DNA from: a virus
Lineage: Duplodnaviria; Caudoviricetes
Virus record (IMG/VR): IMGVR_UViG_2791355419_000001
Location: 1,323-65,322 of that record
DNA length: 64,000 bases
Direction: 5' to 3' (one strand)
Part shown: piece by piece, positions 36,620-46,833 of the stretch
Numbering within the stretch: position 1 is the stretch's first letter
How the letters are laid out: every line of letters starts with the position of its first letter
Notes under the pieces: model-generated
Told to the model about the DNA's origin: nothing
Seen by the model: only the letters and a program-made list of their open reading frames with translations
Databases searched by the model: none
Translations under genes and position numbers: made by a program

Positions 36620-37063
36620 GTGCTGTACGTCGTCACCGGCCCGCCGGCCGCAGGCAAGTCCAGCTGGATCGATGCGCGCGCCCGGCCCTCGGACATCGTC
36701 ATCGACCTGGACCGCATCACCCAGGCCCTGATGGGCCCCGGCGCCCCCGCCTGGTCCCAGCACCCCATCGCCATGAAGGTCGCTCACCGCGCCCGGTACG
36801 CCGCCATCGACGAGGCCGTGAAGCACCTCGACGAGGTCGACGTGTACCTGATCCACACCATGCCCAGCGCCAAGTGGCTGGCCCGCTACCGGAGTCACGG
36901 TGCCGAGGTGGTGGCGGTGGACCCGGGCAAGGACATCGTGATGCAGCGGGTCAGGGACATGCGCGCGCCAGGACTACAGGCTGTGGCGACGCGCTGGTAC
37001 GCACGGCAGGCCAAGCAGCGCAGCGAACACCGAGTCACACGGCAGGCGTCGCGAAGCTGGTGA
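36620..37063 (+). CDS. AAA_33-like P-loop protein
   Basis: VVTGPPAAGKSSW, VIDLDRI. Confidence 0.8.
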   Translation: MLYVVTGPPAAGKSSWIDARARPSDIVIDLDRITQALMGPGAPAWSQHPIAMKVAHRARYAAIDEAVKHLDEVDVYLIHTMPSAKWLARYRSHGAEVVAVDPGKDIVMQRVRDMRAPGLQAVATRWYARQAKQRSEHRVTRQASRSW

Positions 37064-37384
37064 CCGACTCGCCCAGGGCGACGCCGGCCATGTGCCCTTG
37101 CGACGCCGCCGCACCGTCTCCCCCGGCAGAGCAGCCAGAGGGAGTGCATACGGTGACTGGCCAGGGCTCGGCCGGGGGACGGGCCCGGTCGGCGGGCGAT
37201 CGGACCGCGTGGGAGGGGGGCCCGAGTCCATCGTGAAATTCGGAGGACCGGGCGACCCAAACGCCCTTCTCGCCCGATTTTTTGCGCGGCGATTTTGAAA
37301 GATCAATTCGCGTGAACCCGGTTCTACTGTTTTAGCGGCCGTCACTCAGCGTGATGTGACGTTCCGTCACCGTCGGGGGTGATC

Positions 37385-37660
37385 ATGGACGTCGCTGACA
37401 AGATCGCCGCCGAACTTGAAGATCTCCACGCCGATGAGACATCGCCCGGCATGGCGGCCGTCGCCCGCGATCTCGCTCAGGCGATCGACGACTCTGACGC
37501 CCCCACCGCCAAGGCCGTCGTCGCCGACAAGCTCCGCTCGATCATGGCCGACCTGCGCAAGCTGGCGCCCGTTGAGGTGAAGGGGGATGCCGTCGATGAC
37601 GTTGGTCGCAAGCGAGCAGAGCGTCGAGCCGCCCTCCAGCAGCAGACAGCCGGTGAGTGA
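37385..37660 (+). CDS. Terminase small subunit
   Basis: Small helical ORF overlapping TerL start; LAQAID...VDDVGRKRAERR pattern. Confidence 0.7.
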   Translation: MDVADKIAAELEDLHADETSPGMAAVARDLAQAIDDSDAPTAKAVVADKLRSIMADLRKLAPVEVKGDAVDDVGRKRAERRAALQQQTAGE

Positions 37661-39134
37661 CGGCACCGTCTACGGCAATCAGCGGCCCCGCATCTTCACG
37701 GTGCCCGGCCTCGCCCTGTCGAGCGCGGGCGAGGAGGCCGTCGAGTTGGCGGCCCGCGCGGGGCTGAGGCTGGATCCGTGGCAGCAGTTCGTTCTCGACC
37801 AGGGGATGGGGGAGCGAGCCGACGGCAACTGGGCGGCCCCCGAGGTGGCGGTGAACGTCCCACGCCAGAACGGCAAGGGCGGCATCATCGAGGCCCGCGA
37901 GTTGTGGGGCCTGTTCGTCGGCGGCGAGCAGCTGATCCTGCACTCGGCGCACGAGTTCAAGACGGCGAAGAACGCGTTCAAGCGCATCGAACGCCTCATC
38001 CGGTCCTGCCCTGATCTGCATAAACGGGTCAAGCGGTATTGGCAGACTGTCGGCGAGGAAGGCATCGAGCTGCACAACGGGCAGCTACTCCGTTTCATCG
38101 CCAGGAGCGGTGGCTCGGGCCGCGGCTTCACGGCGGACTGCATCATCCTCGACGAGGACATGATCCTCGGCGATGACGCGATGGGGGCGCTGGCGCCGAC
38201 GCTGGCCGCAGTGGCCAACCCGCAAACCTGGTACCTGGGCAGCGCAGGGATCGGCCACCAGTCCGTGCAGCTTGGCCGGCTGCGGCGGCGCACGCTTGAG
38301 GCACTGGAGGCGGGCATACCGGATCCGACGCTCGCCTACTTTGAGTGGTCGATCAACGAGCATCGTGACGAGTGCCCGCGTGACTGCACGGAGCACGACG
38401 ATGTGGCCGCGGCGGAGTCGGTATTGAAATCGAACCCTGCGGTCGGGTACCGGCTGACGTTGGAGAAGTGCAAGAACGAGCGCCTGACCCTAGGGGATGC
38501 GCTGTTCGCTCGTGAGCGGCTGGGTGCGGGCACGTATCCGTCGGATGGTTCGGACACGTGGCAGGTGATCGGTGAGGACGCCTGGCGGGCCCTGGCTGAC
38601 GGCGACAGCCAGCCGGCCGATCCGGTGTGCTTCGCGATCGATGTGACGCCGGACCGGTCGCATGCCTCGATTTGCGTGGCCGCCGCGAACGGATCGGCCG
38701 TGCACGTTGAGGTCGTCGACAACCGGCCTGGGACGGGCTGGGTGGTGGAGCGGGCGAAGGATCTGCACGAGCGCTGGTCTCCCCGCTGCTGGGTGGTGGA
38801 TGCGGGCAGCCCGGCAGGGTCGCTCATCGACAATCTGGAGGCCGCGCTCGGGGTTGAGGTGGTGAAGCCGAAGGTTCGCGAGATCGCGCAGGCTACGGGC
38901 CAGTTCTACGACGCGGTAGCGGCTGGCGAGATCGTTCACCTGGACCAGGCACCGCTTGCGACGGCGCTGGCGGGCGCGCGGAAGCGAGATCTGGGTGAGG
39001 CGTGGGCGTGGGCCCGCCGCGGTGAGGGCGTGGATATCAGCCCGCTGGTGGCGGTGACGCTGGCCCGCTGGGGTCTGTCGGTCGAGTTGCAGGAGTCGGA
39101 GAGTCCGGCGGCGCCACTTGTGGCCTGGGGCTAG
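37653..39134 (+). CDS. Terminase large subunit
   Basis: LDPWQ, VPRQNGKG, GRGFTAD.IILDE, FARERLG, AIDV, DISPLVA. Confidence 0.92.
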   Translation: MSDGTVYGNQRPRIFTVPGLALSSAGEEAVELAARAGLRLDPWQQFVLDQGMGERADGNWAAPEVAVNVPRQNGKGGIIEARELWGLFVGGEQLILHSAHEFKTAKNAFKRIERLIRSCPDLHKRVKRYWQTVGEEGIELHNGQLLRFIARSGGSGRGFTADCIILDEDMILGDDAMGALAPTLAAVANPQTWYLGSAGIGHQSVQLGRLRRRTLEALEAGIPDPTLAYFEWSINEHRDECPRDCTEHDDVAAAESVLKSNPAVGYRLTLEKCKNERLTLGDALFARERLGAGTYPSDGSDTWQVIGEDAWRALADGDSQPADPVCFAIDVTPDRSHASICVAAANGSAVHVEVVDNRPGTGWVVERAKDLHERWSPRCWVVDAGSPAGSLIDNLEAALGVEVVKPKVREIAQATGQFYDAVAAGEIVHLDQAPLATALAGARKRDLGEAWAWARRGEGVDISPLVAVTLARWGLSVELQESESPAAPLVAWG

Positions 39135-39145
39135 GGAGGGTTGCG

Positions 39146-39633
39146 GTGGCTGTTCTTGAGCGGGTGCCGGTGGCGCGGATTTCGGCGGATGCGCGGGAGA
39201 TCCGGTTCGGTCCGGTGGTGTTGACGCTGCTGGCCGGGGCGCTGTTCGGGCTGGGCTGGGTGGCGGCGAAGGTGTGCACGGTGGCGTGGGCGGTGCTGAC
39301 GTGGACGTTCGCTGCGGTGCGAATCGGCTGGCAAGAGGGCATGGCCCGGCGTCCAGCGGGTGAGGAGCCGGTGCGGTGAGCGAATTCCTGGACGCCGAAG
39401 ACTTCGACCGGCTCGGCGCGGTGAAGCGCGTAGGGGCCTTCGTGCCCATCACGGCGCAGCAGCTGCTTGACGCTGGGCTGCCGTTGCCCGAGGGCATGGA
39501 GCCGCCCCCGACCCCTCCGCGACCTTCGCTGTACCGGCGTTGGCGCTGGGGCTTCCTGGACGCTGTCCGCCGTATGCGTGAGCGCGTCGGTTTCTGGATC
39601 GCCGGTTACGAGCCCGACGACGGCGATTGGTAG
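39146..39633 (+). CDS. Two small ORFs between TerL and portal (39146-39379 membrane; 39376-39633)
   Basis: RBS and coupling; first has TM segments. Confidence 0.55.
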
Positions 39634-39642
39634 GCGAACGCG

Positions 39643-41070
39643 ATGGCGAAGCTGCTGGAGAAGATCGCCGCCGCTCGGGCTCCGGCGCGTGGCCAGAAGG
39701 CGTTCTCGCAGCCGTTGGTCTGGTCGTTGGACAATCTGCGTTCGGCTCTGCTGCCGTCGGTGCTGCCGGACCGTGAGCGGATTGAGAACGAATTCGAGGG
39801 CTACGTCGAGGGAGCCTACAAGCGCAACGGCCCGGTGTTCGCGTGCATGCTGGCCCGCCAGATGGTGTTCTCCGAAGCCCGGCTGACGTGGAGGCAGGTC
39901 AGGAACGGCCGCCCGGGGGACCTGTTCGGGACGCAGGATCTTGCGCTGCTGGAGCAGCCGTGGCCGGGCGGCACGACGGGAGAACTCCTCGTCCGCATGG
40001 TGCAGGACGCGGATCTGGCGGGGAACTTCTACGCTACGACCGCCGACGATGAGGGCCGGTTCGGGAAGCAGGCGACGGGTCCTGGGCGGCGTGTGGTGCG
40101 TATGCGCCCGGATTGGGTGACACTCGTCCTGGCCTCGCATTCAGGCGATCCTTACGCGCTGGATACGAAGGTTGTCGGCTACCTCTACGAGCCGAGGCCG
40201 CTGTCGATGGCTGGCGCCGGCCCGCCGACGGGGGCCAGTAGTGCGGTGCTGCTGCTGCCGGATGAGGTGGCGCACTTCTCGCCGATCCCTGACCCGGCTG
40301 CCCGATTCCGTGGGATGTCGTGGTTGACGCCGGTCCTGCGGGAGATCCAGTCGGACAACTCGGCGACGTCGCACAAGGATGCGGTGTTCCGGAATGCGGC
40401 GACGCCGTCGATGGTGGTGAAGTTCGCGCGGGAGACGACACCGGAGCTGTTCGACCAGTTCGTCACCCGGTTCAAGGCCTCCCATCAGGGCGTGGACAAC
40501 GCTTTCAAGACCTTGTTCTTGGGGGGCGGGGCGGACGTCACACCGCTGACGTTCGACTTCCGGCAGTTGGAGTTTTCGCAGACGCAGGGCAAGGGCGAGT
40601 CCCGGATTGCCTCGGCAGCCGGTGTGCCGCCGTCGTGGGTGGGCTTCTCTGAGGGCTTGCAGGGCAGCGCGCTGAACGCGGGCAACTTCGGTGCGGCCAG
40701 GCGCCGTTTCGCGGACGGCACGATCCGCCCATTGTGGAGGCAGGCCTCTGCGGCGCTGCAGGTGCTCGTGCCGGCGCCGACGGGGGCGCAGCTCTGGTAC
40801 GACGGCCGCGACATCGCGTTCCTGCGTGAGGACCGCAAGGACGCGGCGGAGATCCAGCGGGAGCAGGCCTCTACGATCCGGCAGCTCACCGATGCGGGCT
40901 ACACCCCGGCGAGCGTTGTCGCCGCTGTGCAGGCGGAGGACTGGAGCCTCCTTGCTCATACCGGTCTTTACAGCGTGCAGCTCCAGCGGCCCGGCGTTGA
41001 CCAGTTCGGAAGACCTACCGCTTCAGGCGGTTCACCAGATGACTCGGATGACGCCGAGGAGGGGCAGTGA
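39643..41070 (+). CDS. Phage portal protein
   Basis: NGPVFAC, LAGNFY, EVAHF, RGMSWL, FRNAATP, IASAAGVPP (HK97-type). Confidence 0.9.
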   Translation: MAKLLEKIAAARAPARGQKAFSQPLVWSLDNLRSALLPSVLPDRERIENEFEGYVEGAYKRNGPVFACMLARQMVFSEARLTWRQVRNGRPGDLFGTQDLALLEQPWPGGTTGELLVRMVQDADLAGNFYATTADDEGRFGKQATGPGRRVVRMRPDWVTLVLASHSGDPYALDTKVVGYLYEPRPLSMAGAGPPTGASSAVLLLPDEVAHFSPIPDPAARFRGMSWLTPVLREIQSDNSATSHKDAVFRNAATPSMVVKFARETTPELFDQFVTRFKASHQGVDNAFKTLFLGGGADVTPLTFDFRQLEFSQTQGKGESRIASAAGVPPSWVGFSEGLQGSALNAGNFGAARRRFADGTIRPLWRQASAALQVLVPAPTGAQLWYDGRDIAFLREDRKDAAEIQREQASTIRQLTDAGYTPASVVAAVQAEDWSLLAHTGLYSVQLQRPGVDQFGRPTASGGSPDDSDDAEEGQ

Positions 41071-42275
41071 TGGACACCAAGACCCTGCGCGGGGTCGAGA
41101 TCAAGGACGAATCGAAGGGGGAGGTTACCGCAGTGTTCGCGACGCTCGGCGTCCGCGACCACGACGGGGACTTCACCCGCGATGGTGCCTTCACTGACGG
41201 GGCCCCTGTGCGGATCAGCGCCTACGGTCACAAGTCGTGGGACGGCCTGCTTCCGGTTGGCAAGGGAGTCATCCGGATCAAGGGCAAGAAGGCCATCCTT
41301 GAGGGCCAGTTCTTCATGAACACCACCCATGGTCGTGACACGTTCGAGACCGTCAGGGAGCTGTCGGAGGCCGGGCTCCAGGAGTGGTCATACGGCTTCG
41401 ACATCAACGAGTTCAGCTTCGGCGAGGAGAAGGGGCAGCAGGTCCGCTACCTGGACCGTGTCACGGTGCACGAAGTCTCGCCGGTGCTGCTCGGTGCCGG
41501 GATCGGTACGCGCACGCTGTCGGCGAAGGGCCGCGACCTGGCGGATGCCGGATACACGCCTGAGTCGGTCAAGGCTGCCGTGCAGGCCCAGGACTGGAAC
41601 CTTCTGGAGTCGGCGACGCCCGGAACGGCGCCAGCGCCCGCGGTGAAGCGGGGCATTCCGCGCCATGAGGCCGAGGTGGTTTCCCGGGCGTGGGATGCGC
41701 CCGGCATGGTTGCCGCACTGCCCGAGGACGCCCGCCCGTCCCAACTGCGATCGGTGTTCGCATGGATCGACCCGGACGGCGATCCGGAAGTGAAGTCGTC
41801 CTACAAGTTTCCGCACCACCACGGCGTGGGTGGCCCGGCTAACGCTCGGGCATGCCTGGCCGGCATTGCGGCTCTGAACGGGGCGCGCGGTGGCGCGGAC
41901 ATTCCCGAGGCGGACCGTAAGGCCGTCTACAACCACCTGGCGGCGCACCTGCGTGACGCCGACCGGGAACCCCCGGCGCTGCGGGACCGCAGCGCCGGGC
42001 TTGCGAAAGGCCAGACCCTCAACGAGGAACTGGTCGAAGCCCTCACCTATGTGTCGGGGGCGATCGAAAGCGCGTCCAGGGTGGCCGCCCTGCGTGCAGA
42101 GAAGGGCAAGACGCTCTCCCGAGGCAACACCGAAGTCCTGGACTGGATCGGTGACGACCTCAAGCGCCTGAACGCCCTGCTTACCACCCCACCTGCGGGC
42201 ACGGTCAGTGACGAGGAACTCGCTTCTGTCTTCCTGGCCGGACTCGCTCGTCTGCACGAAGGAGCAGAACGATGA
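41070..42275 (+). CDS. HK97-family prohead protease with C-terminal extension
   Basis: DHDGD..GAF, YGH, EWSYGF, HEVSPVLLGA. Confidence 0.88.
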   Translation: MDTKTLRGVEIKDESKGEVTAVFATLGVRDHDGDFTRDGAFTDGAPVRISAYGHKSWDGLLPVGKGVIRIKGKKAILEGQFFMNTTHGRDTFETVRELSEAGLQEWSYGFDINEFSFGEEKGQQVRYLDRVTVHEVSPVLLGAGIGTRTLSAKGRDLADAGYTPESVKAAVQAQDWNLLESATPGTAPAPAVKRGIPRHEAEVVSRAWDAPGMVAALPEDARPSQLRSVFAWIDPDGDPEVKSSYKFPHHHGVGGPANARACLAGIAALNGARGGADIPEADRKAVYNHLAAHLRDADREPPALRDRSAGLAKGQTLNEELVEALTYVSGAIESASRVAALRAEKGKTLSRGNTEVLDWIGDDLKRLNALLTTPPAGTVSDEELASVFLAGLARLHEGAER

Positions 42276-43546
42276 CGGCGACACTGGACGCCGAAAGGAT
42301 CGTCGAGTTTCCCGCGCTGGTCGAGGCGAAGAAGGGCCTCGACGCGAAGCGGGACGAACTTGCGAAGATCTTCGACGAGGCCGGGCCCGACTACGACATG
42401 ACCCGGGTGAAGTCCATCGCGGGCGACACCCACGCCAAGGTCGACCACATCCGCACCCTCAACGCGGAGATCGACCAGCGTAAGAGCAAAGTCGACGAAC
42501 TTCTGGTCGTCGCCCGCGCCGCTGCGGTCGCCAAGCGCGGGGAGGGGGGTGAGCCGGGCTCGGAGCCGAACGACCGCAAGGGCACCGGGAAGTCCGCGGA
42601 GAAGAAGGCGGGCGGGGAGTCCTTCGGGCGCCTGTTCGTCGAGTCGCCTGCATTCAAGCAGTTTGCGCGCGGGGCGGGCGGCGGCCCGCAGGCGAGCATC
42701 GACATCGAGCTCAAGAGCCTGTTCTCCACCGGCTCATGGGATCCCGAGACGACCCGCACGGGCCGGATCGAGATGTTCCCGACCCGGCCGGCGCCGCGCG
42801 TCGCGGACCTGGTCCCGCAGACCACCACCATGCAGGCCGCGGTGGTCTACATGGAGGAGACGACGTTCACGAACACGGCGGCGGAGACCGCCGAGGGGGA
42901 CCAGTTCCCTGAGGCGGCCCTCGGCCTGGAGGAGAAGTCCGTCCAGGTTCGGAAGATCCCGGTGTTTCTGCCGGTGACGGACGAGACGTTCGAGGATGAG
43001 CCGCGGGCGGAGTCCTACGTGCAGAACCGTCTGCCGTTCATGATCCGGCAGCGGCTCGATCTGCAGATCCTGCGCGGTTCCGGCACTGCGCCGAATCTAC
43101 TCGGCACGGAGAACGTGTCGGGCATCCTGTCACAGGCGAAGGGTGCCGATCCGGTGCCGGATGCCCTGTACAAGGGCATGCGCCGCATCCGAGACACCGG
43201 CTTCGCGGAGCCGAGCGTCGTGTTCATCACCCCGGAGAAGTGGGAGCCGGTGCGGCTGCTGCGCACCGCCGACGGCATCTACATCTGGGGCCACCCCAGC
43301 ACGCCGGGCCCGGCCACTATCTGGGGCGTGCCTGTCGTGGAGACCACCGCAGCGCCGTCGACGAAGGCGCTGCTGGGCGACTACACCAACTTCTCCGAGC
43401 TGGCTGTCCGGCGCGGCATCGACGTGCAGGTCAGCAACTCGCACGGCGACTTCTTCGTCCGCGGCAAGCTCGCCGTGCGCGCTGACATCCGTTGTGCCGT
43501 CATCCACTACCGCCCGTCCGCGTTCTGCGAGGTCACCGGTCTGTGA
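42272..43546 (+). CDS. Major capsid protein (HK97 fold)
   Basis: N-terminal coiled scaffold, AETAEG, ILRGSG, ADGIYIW, IWGVPVV, LLGDY, AVRADIR. Confidence 0.92.
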   Translation: MTATLDAERIVEFPALVEAKKGLDAKRDELAKIFDEAGPDYDMTRVKSIAGDTHAKVDHIRTLNAEIDQRKSKVDELLVVARAAAVAKRGEGGEPGSEPNDRKGTGKSAEKKAGGESFGRLFVESPAFKQFARGAGGGPQASIDIELKSLFSTGSWDPETTRTGRIEMFPTRPAPRVADLVPQTTTMQAAVVYMEETTFTNTAAETAEGDQFPEAALGLEEKSVQVRKIPVFLPVTDETFEDEPRAESYVQNRLPFMIRQRLDLQILRGSGTAPNLLGTENVSGILSQAKGADPVPDALYKGMRRIRDTGFAEPSVVFITPEKWEPVRLLRTADGIYIWGHPSTPGPATIWGVPVVETTAAPSTKALLGDYTNFSELAVRRGIDVQVSNSHGDFFVRGKLAVRADIRCAVIHYRPSAFCEVTGL

Positions 43547-43600
43547 CCGCCGTGAGGGGGGAGCGCCCAGCTCTCCCCTCCTGCATCCAAGGAGGAAGTA

Positions 43601-44014
43601 ATGCCCTACACGGGTGGATACCCGCGCGCCACGGACCTGAAGGCGGTGCGCGGCCGGTACGACTTCGCGGTGGACGGTGGTGCGGCCGGTGACATCGACC
43701 TCACCAGCAGCGCCCAGCTCCCCAACAAGGCGGTCATCCTCGGCGGCTTCGTCGAGGTGGACACGGCCGTGACGTCGGGCGGCGCGGCAACGGTGGCGGT
43801 CAAGGTGGAGGGCGCTGGGGACATCGTCGCCGCCGCCGCAGTCTCCGGCGCACCATGGTCGACGACCGGTCGCAAGAGCGTGGTTCCCGTCTTCACCGGT
43901 GCGACCACGGTCAAGACGACGGCCGCACGGAAGATCCAAGCGACCGTAGCGACGGCGGCGCTGACGGCGGGCGCCTTCGACGTCGTCCTGTTCTACGTCG
44001 AGCTGCCCGACTAA
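43601..44014 (+). CDS. Putative head decoration protein
   Basis: Beta-rich, directly after capsid, GGAGGA RBS. Confidence 0.6.
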   Translation: MPYTGGYPRATDLKAVRGRYDFAVDGGAAGDIDLTSSAQLPNKAVILGGFVEVDTAVTSGGAATVAVKVEGAGDIVAAAAVSGAPWSTTGRKSVVPVFTGATTVKTTAARKIQATVATAALTAGAFDVVLFYVELPD

Positions 44015-44024
44015 GGAGGCCGGT

Positions 44025-44605
44025 ATGGCGATCATTGAGGGAGCCATCCCGCGTGACGCGTTCACTCAGGCGGTCGTGGCTGGTGCTGCGGCCGGGAACG
44101 TTACGGTCACCGGCGTCAAGACGCGGGATCAGTTGGTGAGCGTGCTGCGCGCAGTCGGCGGTGGCGTGGATGTCACCGATGTCACCGACCTGACCGCTGA
44201 GTTCACGATCTCTGCGGCGAACACGGTCAACAACACGGGTGGTACGGCGACGACCGGCAGCAAGCTGATCGTCACGTACCTGTCGACGGGGTGATGGCGG
44301 TGGCAGACACTGGCGGCCCTGTGGTGGCCGACCGTCGGCTGTATCTCACCCGGGATGCGACGCGTGTGGTGCCGGAAGGGGATCCGGATGCTTGGCGGCT
44401 GTTCTGCACGCCAGGGATGAGGATTCCCCGTGACCAGGCGGCCCGTTATGGCCTGCTCGACGAGCCGAAGGTGGAGCCTGAGGCGGAGCAGGCCGAGGAA
44501 GCGGAGCTGGCCGAGAATGAGCCTGAGGCGGAGCCGAAGCAGCGGACGCCGCGTTCCAACAAGGCCCGACGGCCTGCCGCAGACAAGGGCGGCGCCAACT
44601 CCTGA
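44025..44605 (+). CDS. Two small virion-region ORFs (44025-44294, 44294-44605)
   Basis: AAGGAGG RBS and coupling. Confidence 0.6.
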
Positions 44606-44617
44606 GTGGAGGCGCTG

Positions 44618-45268
44618 ATGCCCGCATTCGGGATGCTGACGGACGATTTCAACGACGGTGTGCTCGACCCCGTGAAGTGGTCGCAGTCCTACGGGGATCC
44701 GTCGGAGGCTGGCGGCCGGGCCAGGGTGCCGTGTACGACCGGGTATGCGGGATGCCGGTCGGCGAGCAGCTACTCCCTGGCCTGGTCGCAGATCGCCCTG
44801 AAAGTGTTCCCGCCTGCGGCGGGTGGGGGTGCGACGTCGGCGGCTATGTCGGTGCTGGTGCTGTCCGATGTGGGCGGCACCGACGCCGGCTTCATTGTCG
44901 ATCCGGCACAGGCCGCCATTGGGTTGTATCTGCGGGTCGGGTACGCGGACGGGGCTGCCGTGTTTCTCACCTACAGCGCCATCGACCACGCCTGGCTGCG
45001 GTTGCGTGAGGACGCCGGGACGATGCGCTGGGAGACCAGCGTGGACGGTCTCACGTGGACGGTGCGCCGTACCGCGGCCTCGCCAGCGTGGGTGTCGCAG
45101 TCCAACCTGTCGTTCCTGGTGGAAGCGCACCGTGACGCGGGTCCCTCTGACTTCGCCGAGTTCGACCAGTTCAACATCGTGCGCCCGGCGCGGATCGGCG
45201 CCCCGTCGCGAACGGGTGCCGGCCTGTCGCCACTGGCCCGGACCACATCGACGCTGAGCGGAGGGTGA
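44618..45268 (+). CDS. Beta-sandwich (lectin/ConA-like) virion protein, paralogous to tail-tip domain
   Basis: Aligns with ~aa 100-285 of 52417-54849. Confidence 0.7.
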   Translation: MPAFGMLTDDFNDGVLDPVKWSQSYGDPSEAGGRARVPCTTGYAGCRSASSYSLAWSQIALKVFPPAAGGGATSAAMSVLVLSDVGGTDAGFIVDPAQAAIGLYLRVGYADGAAVFLTYSAIDHAWLRLREDAGTMRWETSVDGLTWTVRRTAASPAWVSQSNLSFLVEAHRDAGPSDFAEFDQFNIVRPARIGAPSRTGAGLSPLARTTSTLSGG

Positions 45269-45269
45269 C

Positions 45270-46112
45270 ATGCCGTTCGATCTCGGGGCTGTCGTGCCGC
45301 TCGGCACTACGGTGAAGGACTCCACCGGTACGCTGGCGAACGCCGGATCGATGGCGGTGACCATCACCCTGCCGGACGCGACCACGGTCAGCGTCAGCCC
45401 AGTGACCCCGGCGTCGACCGGCACCTACACCTACGACTACACGACGGTGCAGGCTGGCCGGCACGTCGTGCGGTGGGTCGCGACCGGTGTCAACGCTGGC
45501 GCTTACACGGACAGTTTCGACGTCCGTGAGGCGGCACCACCGGGGATCATTTCGCTCGCCGACACCAAGGCCCATCTCAACATCCCCTCATCGACGACGA
45601 CGCACGATGATGAGCTGCGGGGATGGATCGAGTCGGTGACGGCAGGCATTGAGCACCTCACCGGGGCATGCGTGCGCCGCACGGTCGTTGAGGTCCACGA
45701 CTACCTGCCGGTGTCTGGGGCGCGTGTCATCGCCCTGCGGAAGACTCCAGTGATCTCACTGACATCAATGCTGGCTGTGCTGGACGGGGGCACCGGCTAC
45801 ACGGTCGCCGACCTTGACGTCGACGGAAGCACGGGCGTCGTGCGCCGCAAGGATGGCGGGCGCCTGTACGGGCCACTGCGGGCCACGTATGTGCCTGGCC
45901 GGATAGTGATCCCTGCGAACCTAACTCACGCCGGGAAGCTGATCCTTCAGCATTTGTGGCGTACCCAGTACGGGGCCAGTCGCGCTCTTCCGGGCATCGG
46001 TGGCGGCGAGGACTACGCGGTCACCGAGCCGGTCCCCGGCTTCGGGTACGCGATTCCGAACCGGGCGCTGCAGTTGCTGGAGCCGCACCGCCTGCCTCCG
46101 GGGGTGGCGTAG
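45270..46112 (+). CDS. Head-tail connector with N-terminal Ig-like domain
   Basis: STGTYTYDY..AGRHVVRW then IISLADTKAHLNI...DDEL. Confidence 0.8.
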   Translation: MPFDLGAVVPLGTTVKDSTGTLANAGSMAVTITLPDATTVSVSPVTPASTGTYTYDYTTVQAGRHVVRWVATGVNAGAYTDSFDVREAAPPGIISLADTKAHLNIPSSTTTHDDELRGWIESVTAGIEHLTGACVRRTVVEVHDYLPVSGARVIALRKTPVISLTSMLAVLDGGTGYTVADLDVDGSTGVVRRKDGGRLYGPLRATYVPGRIVIPANLTHAGKLILQHLWRTQYGASRALPGIGGGEDYAVTEPVPGFGYAIPNRALQLLEPHRLPPGVA

Positions 46113-46577
46113 ATGGCGACCTCTCGGGTGCCAGCTGCCGTCGATGCTCTGCTGTCGATCCTGCGGGCGGCTTCCGCCCTGTCCGCAGTAGACGTTGTGG
46201 ATGGTCCGCCGACGACAGATCTGTCCAACCTGAAGCGGATCCATGTCGGCTGGCAGCCGGGCGCCGAGGCGGCGGTCGGCCTGCGGCAGGAGTTCGCCTA
46301 TGCCGGGGCGCGGCGCCGTGACGAGGAGTTCGACATCGTCTGCTATGCGGAAGCCCGCTCGGGCGACACGGACATGGCCGCGCGCCGCACGGAGGTGTTC
46401 GCCCTGGTGGCCGCCGTCGAGGACGCGCTCAGGGCTACCGATGCCGCGCCGACCGCGCCGACGCTGAATGGCGCGGTGCTGTGGGCGGAGCTGACGACTG
46501 GCAGCCTGCAGCAGGTTCAGGCTGACGGCAGCCTTGCCGGGCTGGCGTTCACTGTGGCCTGCCGAGCTCGTATCTGA
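46113..46577 (+). CDS. Tail terminator/completion protein
   Basis: Size, position, RDEEFDIVC...VEDALR. Confidence 0.65.
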   Translation: MATSRVPAAVDALLSILRAASALSAVDVVDGPPTTDLSNLKRIHVGWQPGAEAAVGLRQEFAYAGARRRDEEFDIVCYAEARSGDTDMAARRTEVFALVAAVEDALRATDAAPTAPTLNGAVLWAELTTGSLQQVQADGSLAGLAFTVACRARI

Positions 46578-46602
46578 CCAACCACATCACGAGGAGTTAC
46601 CC

Positions 46603-46830
46603 ATGGCGCGTGTGCGCTTTCTGGGCTCGGAACCGGTGACCGTGCCCGAGCTCGGCCCCGAGCGGGTCGTCGAGCCGGACGAGGTCGTCGAGGTGCCGGA
46701 TGAGCGGTTCGACGGCTACGTCTGCCAGACCAGCAACTGGGAGCCGGTCGAAGAGCCGAAGGACGAGAAGGCGGCGTCGGCGCCGCTCAAGAAGACCGCG
46801 GCCAAGTCGGCGCAGAAGACGGAGGGCTGA
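46603..46830 (+). CDS. Small hypothetical virion-region protein
   Basis: GAGGAG RBS. Confidence 0.65.
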   Translation: MARVRFLGSEPVTVPELGPERVVEPDEVVEVPDERFDGYVCQTSNWEPVEEPKDEKAASAPLKKTAAKSAQKTEG

Positions 46831-46833
46831 TCC

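Noticed and set aside
38140-38165. Terminase Walker B reads LDED rather than LDEA, possible inactivation
   Set aside because: Catalytic DE retained and the rest of the ORF is intact
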